This document shows positions 8,919 through 16,698 of a DNA stretch of 57,147 bases, piece by piece. Source of the stretch: an uncultured Thioalkalispiraceae bacterium (GTDB lineage: Bacteria; Pseudomonadota; Gammaproteobacteria; UBA6429; Thiohalophilaceae); contig CAZEZI010000001.1 in the NCBI GenBank assembly GCA_964516315.1, positions 1-57,147 of the forward strand. Reading direction: 5' to 3'. The first letter of the stretch is position 1. The number at the start of each line of letters is the position of its first letter. The notes under the pieces were generated by a model. That model saw only the letters and a program-made list of their open reading frames with translations, did not search any database and was not told where the DNA came from. Position numbers and translations under genes: made by a program.

Positions 8919-10532
8919 ATGGAATTTCTCTTTTTGACGGTGCCCGCCCATCATGCTGCACAGAATGATGCGGTTGAATTAAATACTAAACGGCTGAAAC
9001 AATGGTTAGATGCCTTGCCTGTTATGGATGTTATAAAAACAGTGGAAAGTTTACATGCTGCTATCGAACCATTTAATGAACTCCAGATATCCGATGATGA
9101 GCGTTTAAAGCTGCTTGAGATATATTATGTGGTTATGGATGATATCCTGTTCTCGTATGATGATATGCGAATAACGATGTTACCCATATCGATTGAGGAG
9201 CGACGTAGTCTTAAAAATGATATTATGTGGTTATATCTATCATTGGCAAATGGATATAAGTCAATTGTAAAATCCGGTTTTGATAGTAAATTAAGTTCAG
9301 AGAAGAATACTACTTTACTCGTTAGTATCTATCGAGCAATGGAGCTGATTATTCAGGCGATGTTGTATGCTTTTCGTTCGCATGAAACACCGCCACCACT
9401 TTCTTATCTCGAAATAAACCAGCTTTATATGTATGCCGAGTTTTATCACGTTCTTGATACTAAAATAAAAAATATTAATTCAGGTCATCACTCAACGATT
9501 AATTCACTTTATAAACAAATACTACTTCTGGTTGCATCTGACCCATATAGGGTAAATTCCAATGAGTTAATTGAGATTTACTTTTTCCTTGAGAAATTTG
9601 CAACTTTGTGTGTTATTGAAAAGAGCGTTGATTGCAAAAGTGAAGAAGGCAAATACTTGATTGACCTTATGGAAGACAAGCCCCCACAGTTATATGAATA
9701 TGCAGAAAAGCCGGCAACTTTGTTGTCACATCGTACTATTGATGTATGGCCTGTTGTACAGGCATTTGGTGAAGAACTTTCGGGTGAATATAATCTGGAA
9801 AGCTTTGGAGTAGAAAAATCATCTTCAGGACAATATAGCCTGAGCAGTTCGACTATGGAAAAACGGTTTGTTGAAATTCTCACTCAGCAGTTAATGGGGA
9901 AAATGAGCAGAGAGCATGAACGCCAGCCAGCAATAAGTAAGTGCCATGTTGCTATTGGTTTGTCAGCCATTAATTTTTATTTAATAAATAAAAGCAGGAT
10001 AAAAGAACTAATAGAACCTGAAAAAACAGAGGGAATGACAGTTACCAGTATTGATTTTGAAGAACAGGCTGATTTTTCTCTGGATGTATGGCAGTTACGT
10101 GATAAGTCAGAATCCGGTTGCTCATTAACAATCAAAAAAAATATGCTAACGCAAGAGCTGGTAATTGGAGATGTTGCCGGTATTATTATTAATGATGCTA
10201 AAGGAAAAGCCCACATTCAGATTGTATTTGTGCGATGGGTTAGAGGCGATAATGATACGTTTAAAATGGGTGTGGAATTTATAAAGGGAAATGCAGCACC
10301 TGTAGTTTGCCACTGTGTTGGAGATAGCCAGTCTTACGATGGGCTCTATTTTTCATTTAACGAAGATAAGGGTTTGCAACCCCGTGTTCTTGTTGAAAAT
10401 GGGGTGTTACAACAATCATCAAAAATTAATATGACTTTGAACGGTAAAGTTATTACCATTGAGTGTTCTTCATGTGTAGTTGAAACATCATTGTACTCAC
10501 AATTTAACTACATAAGAGTACGAAACAAGTGA
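8919..10532 (+). CDS. Hypothetical protein with a C-terminal PilZ-like domain (putative c-di-GMP receptor)
   Basis: REHER (aa 331-335, RxxxR) and DKSESG (aa 395-400, DxSxxG) are followed by a beta-rich segment (…VFVRWVRGDNDTFKMGVEF). The spacing between the two motifs (59 aa) is longer than in canonical PilZ. The N-terminal about 320 aa are unassigned. Confidence 0.55.
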   Translation: MEFLFLTVPAHHAAQNDAVELNTKRLKQWLDALPVMDVIKTVESLHAAIEPFNELQISDDERLKLLEIYYVVMDDILFSYDDMRITMLPISIEERRSLKNDIMWLYLSLANGYKSIVKSGFDSKLSSEKNTTLLVSIYRAMELIIQAMLYAFRSHETPPPLSYLEINQLYMYAEFYHVLDTKIKNINSGHHSTINSLYKQILLLVASDPYRVNSNELIEIYFFLEKFATLCVIEKSVDCKSEEGKYLIDLMEDKPPQLYEYAEKPATLLSHRTIDVWPVVQAFGEELSGEYNLESFGVEKSSSGQYSLSSSTMEKRFVEILTQQLMGKMSREHERQPAISKCHVAIGLSAINFYLINKSRIKELIEPEKTEGMTVTSIDFEEQADFSLDVWQLRDKSESGCSLTIKKNMLTQELVIGDVAGIIINDAKGKAHIQIVFVRWVRGDNDTFKMGVEFIKGNAAPVVCHCVGDSQSYDGLYFSFNEDKGLQPRVLVENGVLQQSSKINMTLNGKVITIECSSCVVETSLYSQFNYIRVRNK

Positions 10533-12073
10533 GTGTAGAGAATGCAATAATTATTGATATTGTTAATGCATCAGAAAAATCGTGCTATACAGTTGATATT
10601 ATAGAAAACCTGTTAAAACAGCAGTGTGTATGCGCCAGTTATGGTAGTAAATTTACCGGTCGTCCAGTAACAGAATTAATCTGTAGTGACACTGATCTGA
10701 TTAAAATAAGAGCAGAGTATAGTTTTGCAGAACATGAGGCAAGGCTGTTTATTGAAAAGTCGGTTGAAAAAGAACAGGCATTAAAAATACACCACCCTTT
10801 AAAGACCTGGTTTTTAATCATCGAGAAAAAAGATGGCATGGATGCACGTGTGCGTATTGCTAATATTTCCCCATTATTACAGGCATTGCATCAATCTGAT
10901 GAAATATTAGAAATAAAAAGTAAGCAAGATTATCTTGAACTGGTTATATCAATATTAGATATTTATTTACGCATAGCCCATGAGCATGAGGCAGGGCTGG
11001 ATTTAAGCCTGTCAAATTTTGCAGTGGATAAAGAGAATAATTTATATTATGTCGATGATGAAATCTGCCAATGGGACAAGTTTTCATTCCTGCCTCATTT
11101 TCTGGCAAATTTTATTCGCACACAGGATTGGCTAACAGCAAACTTTGTCACCCTGTTGGGTGAAAGAACAAGAGTGTTGTTACTAAAATATTTTGAGGAT
11201 ACACATTGGTCAACTGTTATTGCAGAAGAACTGCGCGATCTTTTCGTGTCAGACGACAAGGTTCCTTTACGAAAAATATTAATTGATGCACTTTACCATG
11301 GTAGTGTTTTTAATTATCATCCCGCCCATACAGCTAAAATTATTGCATTACTGGCCGACCCTCATGCAAATATTGAAGCATTGGAAACATGCTTAAACTA
11401 TCTTGAAAAAAGAGGCATTGCCGATGCCATTGTTCTGGGTGATATTGTTGGTTATGGTCCACATCCCCATGAGTGTATTGATTTACTACGAGATCGGGAA
11501 CACTTTTCAATTATTCGGGGTAATCATGACCATGCGGTGGTAACTGGGAAAAAAGTTTCAGGTTCAAATTCGCTTGCTGGTTGGACGCTTAACTGGACAC
11601 AGAATAATGTAACTGATGAATACCGGGAATGGCTGGATGGTCTGCCTTCTTATTTGAAGATGGATAACTGGCTGGCAGTACATGGCTCGCCACGTGATAA
11701 AACCTTCTTTAATGGTTATGTGTACCAAATGACATACAAGGAAAACCTGGATGAGTTACAGAAACGGGATATTCCATTGTGTTTTCATGGGCACACTCAT
11801 ATTCAAAAAATATATTATCGTCATAAAGGCAATGATTTAATGACTGAAGATAATACAGAAGTAATTAAATTGTCACAGTATGCATTAATTTGCCCCGGTT
11901 CTATAGGCCAGCCAAGAAATGGTAAAGCCGGAGTGGAGTTTGCAATTATTAATACTGAAACGCTGGAACTTGAATTCCTGCGACTACCTTATAATATAGA
12001 TAAAACGATTGCTGCAATGAATGCACGGCATTTCCCTGCTGCATTAGCTGAGAGACTGTTGCAAGGCAAGTAA
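10529..12073 (+). CDS. Fusion protein: N-terminal protein-kinase-like domain (putative) and C-terminal metallophosphoesterase
   Basis: C-terminal calcineurin-like motifs LADPHAN, GDIVGYG, GNHDH and HGHTH. The N-terminal GLDLSLSNFAVDKENNLYYVDDE gives D158-x4-N163-x12-D176, the same spacing as the eukaryotic-like kinase catalytic loop and DFG Asp. The GTG start overlaps the upstream stop (GTGA). Confidence 0.7.
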   Translation: MSVENAIIIDIVNASEKSCYTVDIIENLLKQQCVCASYGSKFTGRPVTELICSDTDLIKIRAEYSFAEHEARLFIEKSVEKEQALKIHHPLKTWFLIIEKKDGMDARVRIANISPLLQALHQSDEILEIKSKQDYLELVISILDIYLRIAHEHEAGLDLSLSNFAVDKENNLYYVDDEICQWDKFSFLPHFLANFIRTQDWLTANFVTLLGERTRVLLLKYFEDTHWSTVIAEELRDLFVSDDKVPLRKILIDALYHGSVFNYHPAHTAKIIALLADPHANIEALETCLNYLEKRGIADAIVLGDIVGYGPHPHECIDLLRDREHFSIIRGNHDHAVVTGKKVSGSNSLAGWTLNWTQNNVTDEYREWLDGLPSYLKMDNWLAVHGSPRDKTFFNGYVYQMTYKENLDELQKRDIPLCFHGHTHIQKIYYRHKGNDLMTEDNTEVIKLSQYALICPGSIGQPRNGKAGVEFAIINTETLELEFLRLPYNIDKTIAAMNARHFPAALAERLLQGK

Positions 12074-12088
12074 CAGCATTAAATATAA

Positions 12089-12108
12089 AGGGGTAAAAGG
12101 TTACCCCT
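12089..12108. terminator. Bidirectional hairpin between convergent operons
   Basis: AGGGGTAA (12089-12096) pairs with TTACCCCT (12101-12108) around a 4-nt loop, with A/T-rich flanks on both sides. It lies between CDS ends at 12073 (+) and 12136 (-). Confidence 0.6.
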
Positions 12109-12135
12109 GTTCAGGTTGTTACTAAAAAAATAATC

Positions 12136-12543
12136 CTAAGGGCATAAAGGTGCCAAATCATTAATTGCTGCTCTTAAACCTGCCCAGCCCATGCCAAGGT
12201 TTGCGCCTTTGCCGGTTATCAGCACGGCAAGTGCATTGGGCTTGCCCGGAATAACCTGCATAAAATGAAATGTTTTAGGCGTTGTCATCTGAATTTCCAG
12301 CATGGTGTTTTTGACTTCTTCCCCCCTTGACTCTGATAATCTTTTTTCAACCCCGGTTACTCCTCGGCCACGGAACATTTCGACTGCTGCTGCTGCAACC
12401 GCATCAAGATAACTCTGGGTAAAGTAGGGCACGTTATGGTGCACACCTAATAACAGGCCGGTTGAAAGATCGACTACACCGGCTGCCATTGCATCATCGA
12501 CATTATTAATAATTGTTTTACACACTTCATTTATACTGGACAT
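12136..12543 (-). CDS. Roadblock/LC7-like protein (divergent)
   Basis: Size and pattern fit Roadblock (…AAGVVDLSTGLLLG…, C-terminal GKGANLGMGWAGLRAAINDL, parallel to PGANLGMPLAHAKKA of the neighbouring gene). AGGAG lies 7 nt upstream of the ATG. Confidence 0.55.
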   Translation of the reverse strand: MSSINEVCKTIINNVDDAMAAGVVDLSTGLLLGVHHNVPYFTQSYLDAVAAAAVEMFRGRGVTGVEKRLSESRGEEVKNTMLEIQMTTPKTFHFMQVIPGKPNALAVLITGKGANLGMGWAGLRAAINDLAPLCP

Positions 12544-12579
12544 TATATTTCTCCTGTTTAAAAAATTAATAGCACGTGG

Positions 12580-13026
12580 TTAGATAATACTTATGCTGAG
12601 TTTTTCAATTTCTTCTGATGCTTTTTTCGCATGAGCTAATGGCATCCCCAGGTTTGCGCCGGGTTTTGTAAATATAGTTAATAGCAAATTATTTCCGGCA
12701 TGCATCACAAATACATTTCCTTCCGAGCTTTCAATAATGACATTTTTTGTTTTGCCTTTATTTGTTTCGGTGATGAGGTTGTCACTTAATGCCAACAAAG
12801 CACTACTCATTGCAGCAAACCGATGTTGATCCAGTCCTTCATTTAAATACGATGCCCATGCTATGCCATCGCTGCTACTTATCATTGCGCTGGTTATTTC
12901 ATTGCAACCTGATATTAAGTTGCTTAGTATGTAAGTCAGCTTTTTTTGTATTACTCTTGATACATCATTACTGTGTGATGCACTCTCATCACTGACTTTG
13001 TCTATTATTTCACTAATGCTTTCCAT
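12580..13026 (-). CDS. Roadblock/LC7 domain protein (MglB/CvnB-like)
   Basis: ITSAMISSSDGIAWASY…AAMSSALLALSD…VIIESSEGNVFVMHAGNNLLLTIFTKPGANLG is the canonical Roadblock pattern. ATG at 13026 with an AAGGAA RBS. The longer ORF (to 13179) would overlap the GTPase gene. Confidence 0.75.
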   Translation of the reverse strand: MESISEIIDKVSDESASHSNDVSRVIQKKLTYILSNLISGCNEITSAMISSSDGIAWASYLNEGLDQHRFAAMSSALLALSDNLITETNKGKTKNVIIESSEGNVFVMHAGNNLLLTIFTKPGANLGMPLAHAKKASEEIEKLSISII

Positions 13027-13039
13027 TGTTTTTCCTTTT

Positions 13040-13573
13040 CTAGTTTGCAAGAATTGCAAGTAGAGCCTGAATAAGAACCTTGATATCATCTTCCGAACGA
13101 CTATCAATTTCGAAAACAGGAAAAATCTGATTGCGTTCAAAAAGCTTTGCCTGATAGTCTTCAATGCTTGCCTGGTCATTGATGCTGGTTCGGGTTACTC
13201 CGATAACAACACCTGTTTCATTTATAAAATCACTAAAAGAATCAAGGTAAAATTCCATTTGTTTGACTGGATCTGGATGGTCATTGTTAACCAGTAAAAC
13301 CAGTCCCAGTCCACCCCTGGTCAGAATTTTCCACATAAAGTCAAACCGTGTTTGCCCTGGTGTACCGTATAAATGAACTTTTGTACCATCATCCATTTCG
13401 ATGTAACTGTAGTCCATGGCAACGGTTGTTGAATCTTTCAGTTTTCGTTCTTCTCCTGATGTGTCTACATCAGTACTAACGGGTGGTGTGTCACTGATAG
13501 ATGAAATAGCCGTAGTTTTCCCTGCACCAACAGGTCCGGTGAAAATTATTTTATCTGTATTCAGTTGCAGCAT
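13040..13573 (-). CDS. Small Ras-like GTPase, CvnD/COG2229 (MglA-related) family
   Basis: P-loop GPVGAGKTT. Switch regions TTVAMDYSYI and LYGTPGQTRFDFMW closely follow the conservon CvnD pattern (TTVAMDFG…LFGTPGQ.RF.FMW). No clear NKxD; VTRTS occupies the expected place. Confidence 0.8.
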   Translation of the reverse strand: MLQLNTDKIIFTGPVGAGKTTAISSISDTPPVSTDVDTSGEERKLKDSTTVAMDYSYIEMDDGTKVHLYGTPGQTRFDFMWKILTRGGLGLVLLVNNDHPDPVKQMEFYLDSFSDFINETGVVIGVTRTSINDQASIEDYQAKLFERNQIFPVFEIDSRSEDDIKVLIQALLAILAN

Positions 13574-13578
13574 AGCCT

Positions 13579-14565
13579 TTAGCGTATCCCTAAACGTTGT
13601 GCGAGTTTTTTAAGAATAGATTTATGTGGGCTGTTTTTTATTACAGCTGGTTTTGCTGTATCTGGTTTATTCGTTATTGTTTGTATAATATCAACTGCAA
13701 AGGCAGCATTGTAAAAATCTGCAATTTCTTCAAACGGGATCTGGGTTTGTTTGTTAAGTTCGGCCAGGCTTATATATTGTTTTGCCATGATGGCGGCAAG
13801 TTTAAAGTAGTCCGGTTTAAAACCTTGCCTGGAAAAATTTGGCCATGAAGTGAGCTTTACTGGTGTATTTTCTGAATGGCCCGCTAACAGTTTTCCATTT
13901 GAGCATGCCAGGGCACATCGCCAGAGAACACCATTAAGCGCGGCAACAGGCATATTATTGCTACGTTCATTGATTTGTTCAGGGCTTATCTCTTTTATTT
14001 TGATAGTGTTAAAATTTACACCAAGATACTTTTCAATATCATTGGTATTTTTTTCTGTAACAAACAGGTTATTAATACCATCTATATAAATATCCGGTAA
14101 TCCTTCTGACGTTATCAGGCAACATTTATTGCTGAGTTTTGTTTGTAGTAATTGTTGAAAAATATTTTCAGTTTTCAGTGTGCTTAATGGGGGGGTAACT
14201 TTTTTTACTGGTCTCAAGTGACCTTTCTTACTGATTATATAGGCATAAAGTTGTTCACAGATTTTAATTAAAACATTCTTTAACGCAATTACACGTACCG
14301 GTGTTGGCATTGTAATAAGATTTTTTCCACTTTGGGTGGAAGATGAAAACACAATTTTTACCTGGTTCTCACTGGCATTATTGAGTATCTGTGAACCTTC
14401 GGCTGAATCGGCATTCAGAACCAGGATTTCACTGGCAGGATTATCATCAACGATTAAATAGCCCTCTCCTTTTTCATCGCATATAATAGTAACCGCAACA
14501 TCAAGCACCTTTTGCTCAACTTCCTGCAAGTTAACTGCTGAAATATGTAACGCCCCTACATGCAT
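13579..14565 (-). CDS. Hypothetical protein, first gene of the GTPase operon, no recognisable domain
   Basis: 328-aa ORF ending 5 nt upstream of the GTPase gene. Its composition matches the neighbours. I recognise no motif. Confidence 0.6.
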   Translation of the reverse strand: MHVGALHISAVNLQEVEQKVLDVAVTIICDEKGEGYLIVDDNPASEILVLNADSAEGSQILNNASENQVKIVFSSSTQSGKNLITMPTPVRVIALKNVLIKICEQLYAYIISKKGHLRPVKKVTPPLSTLKTENIFQQLLQTKLSNKCCLITSEGLPDIYIDGINNLFVTEKNTNDIEKYLGVNFNTIKIKEISPEQINERSNNMPVAALNGVLWRCALACSNGKLLAGHSENTPVKLTSWPNFSRQGFKPDYFKLAAIMAKQYISLAELNKQTQIPFEEIADFYNAAFAVDIIQTITNKPDTAKPAVIKNSPHKSILKKLAQRLGIR

Positions 14566-14763
14566 TATCTATCCTTAATAAACAGGTATACCTGAAAGGG
14601 TTATATCGGCATGTTGTGTAAGGATATGAATTTATTTTGTGAAGTAGTTCGCAAAATAAACCTGTAGTATTTCACTAAGTTATAGTTGGATTGTAATGCA
14701 CCAAAGAAGGGCGGTGCTTAATTTGAAGAAATTTGTAACATACTTTTTTAACTAGAAAACCTG

Positions 14764-15306
14764 CTACCAGATCAAGTCGTCTGGTATTTGGTAATCGGCG
14801 TACGGATCATTCTCATCGATTTCGGGCTCATTTTTGTCGAATAAAATAACGCGTTTTTCATTCCTCTGGCGGATTTTTTCCGCAACGGGTTTTGGTATGA
14901 GTTCATAGTGGTCATCAAGGTAAGCTATCCCTAATGTCCCGCACATAATTTTCTGCTTCATCTCATCATTGACATAAATACGCTTCACTTTGTTCATATG
15001 TTCAAAGTTGTAAGCAATTTCGCAATCTTGCTGTTGAGTGATGCAATTCCTGGTGATGAGTTGATCAATTTCTGCAGAAACGGCTTTTATTCGGGCAGCG
15101 TCTTCTTTTTTCTTATTTAGTTCCCGATCTCGTTGTGCTTTCTCAAGCGCTACTTGCTGAACTTTTAGTTTGGCTTCATCCGCTGCCACGTCTTTTTTTG
15201 AACGCTGCTGCTTGGTCTGTTTTGTTTTATCTTTTTTTGCATTATGAGCCTGTTGCCTGGAGACAATGCCAGTTTTTAATAGTTGATCTCGAAACGGGTT
15301 ACTCAT
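14764..15306 (-). CDS. DUF2058 (YaiL-like) protein
   Basis: N-terminus MSNPFRDQLLKTGIVSRQQA followed by a Lys/Gln-rich charged segment and a conserved C-terminal domain, as in E. coli YaiL-family proteins. Confidence 0.7.
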   Translation of the reverse strand: MSNPFRDQLLKTGIVSRQQAHNAKKDKTKQTKQQRSKKDVAADEAKLKVQQVALEKAQRDRELNKKKEDAARIKAVSAEIDQLITRNCITQQQDCEIAYNFEHMNKVKRIYVNDEMKQKIMCGTLGIAYLDDHYELIPKPVAEKIRQRNEKRVILFDKNEPEIDENDPYADYQIPDDLIW

Positions 15307-15693
15307 GGTTTTTTATCTCGGTTTATTCGAGGGATTTGGCCTGTGTGTCAGTAAGGAATGCACTGGTTTATATTATTTTTTCATAAAAAAGTCTTAAATT
15401 CTGCCGTGAATTCAAATATAAACAATCTGTTATCGATACATTGGCTTTTTACGTTCCATACATGCTTCAGGCTGATTCTATCGACTTAGTCTTAGCCTGT
15501 CATACAAAGTATATTTGAACTCCGGTTATATGTAAAAGACTTGTATTGTTATTGGTTAATATTCAAGGTGTTATTAAAGTCTGACTCCAGTCGCCGTCTG
15601 TTATGGCGTTGAAGGATGTAACAATCGGTATTGTTGTCTTTTAGCATCTGAATAGCGTACAACAATACAGATTAGCAAATATTTAGTTAGGCA

Positions 15694-16698
15694 TTATGAT
15701 GTCGGTCTTGATGGTGTGGTTGTCGTTACTAAACACTGCGCGGCTTCAGTAATATCCTTGAGCTGTGGAATACTGGTGGCTTCCAGCCCCACATTAAAGG
15801 GGGTTGGCATTTCCAGTCCGGCTATGCGTGTGGGCGGGGCGTCCAGATCATAGAAACAAAGTTCATTTAGTGTCGCGATGATCTCGGCACCAGCGCCTGC
15901 AAACCTGCAATCTTCTTCAATGACCAGTAAACGGTGTGTTTTGCGTAATGATGCAGCACAGGTATCCCAGTCGATGGGGCTGAGGCTGCGAAGATCAATC
16001 ACTTCAGCTGCTATGTTTTGTTCTGTCAGCTTGTTCGCAGCAGCGACAGCCAGATTTGCCATGCGTGAATAGCTAATCATAGTCAGGTCAGTTCCGCTGC
16101 GACGGATCAATGCCTGATGTATGGCGGGTGGCTCGGCCGTAAAGTTGACTTCAGCTTTTTCGAAATATAGTAATTCGTGCTCCAGTACAATGATCGGGTC
16201 GTCACTGGCAATGGCCTGGCGTAGTTGCCAGTACGCATCCTGCGATGTGGCAGGCACCACGATGCGCAGCCCGGGAACATTCATGAGGGTGTGCTCCAGA
16301 CGCTGTGAGTGCTGGGCGGCCAGCTGCTTCGCCACGCCGCCGGGCATGCGTATCACCAGTGGCATGGGGAACTGGCCGCCGGACATGAAGGGGATCTTGG
16401 CCGCCATATTGATGATGGCATCCAGTGCCAGTAAGGCAAAGTTTACAGTCATGATCTCAACTACCGGGCGCATACCGGTCAACGCGGCACCGACACCCAG
16501 CCCGGTAAAACCACCTTCCGAGATGGGTGTATCGCGGACGCGCCATTCCCCGTATTTCGCAAACAACCCTTCGGTGACCCGGTAGGCTCCACCATACAGA
16601 CCGACATCCTCGCCGAGTATAAACACGGATTCATCACGCGCCATTTCAATGTCGAGTGCTCGGTTTAATGCCTGCCAGAACAACAGTTTCTCAGTCAT
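15694..16698 (-). CDS. 2-oxoacid (pyruvate/acetoin-type) dehydrogenase E1 component, beta subunit
   Basis: Transketolase-like pyrimidine-binding and C-terminal domains (…ILGEDVGLYGGAYRVTEGL…DTPISEGGFTG…). The ATG overlaps the E1 alpha stop by 8 nt (ATGACTGA). Confidence 0.9.
   Translation of the reverse strand: MTEKLLFWQALNRALDIEMARDESVFILGEDVGLYGGAYRVTEGLFAKYGEWRVRDTPISEGGFTGLGVGAALTGMRPVVEIMTVNFALLALDAIINMAAKIPFMSGGQFPMPLVIRMPGGVAKQLAAQHSQRLEHTLMNVPGLRIVVPATSQDAYWQLRQAIASDDPIIVLEHELLYFEKAEVNFTAEPPAIHQALIRRSGTDLTMISYSRMANLAVAAANKLTEQNIAAEVIDLRSLSPIDWDTCAASLRKTHRLLVIEEDCRFAGAGAEIIATLNELCFYDLDAPPTRIAGLEMPTPFNVGLEATSIPQLKDITEAAQCLVTTTTPSRPTS

Noticed and set aside
12580-13179. The longer 199-aa version of the Roadblock ORF
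   Set aside because: The first 51 codons overlap the GTPase gene's 3' end and look non-protein-like (…FFLFSKLIVVRKMISRFLFRLYLQFLQ…). An ATG at 13026 with a good RBS starts the recognisable Roadblock domain.
15514-15524. A possible att-like direct repeat of the tRNA-Leu 3' region (ATTTGAACTCC versus ACTTGAACCTCC at 51126-51137)
   Set aside because: There are only about 9-10 matching nucleotides with an indel, which is well within chance expectation for this much sequence.
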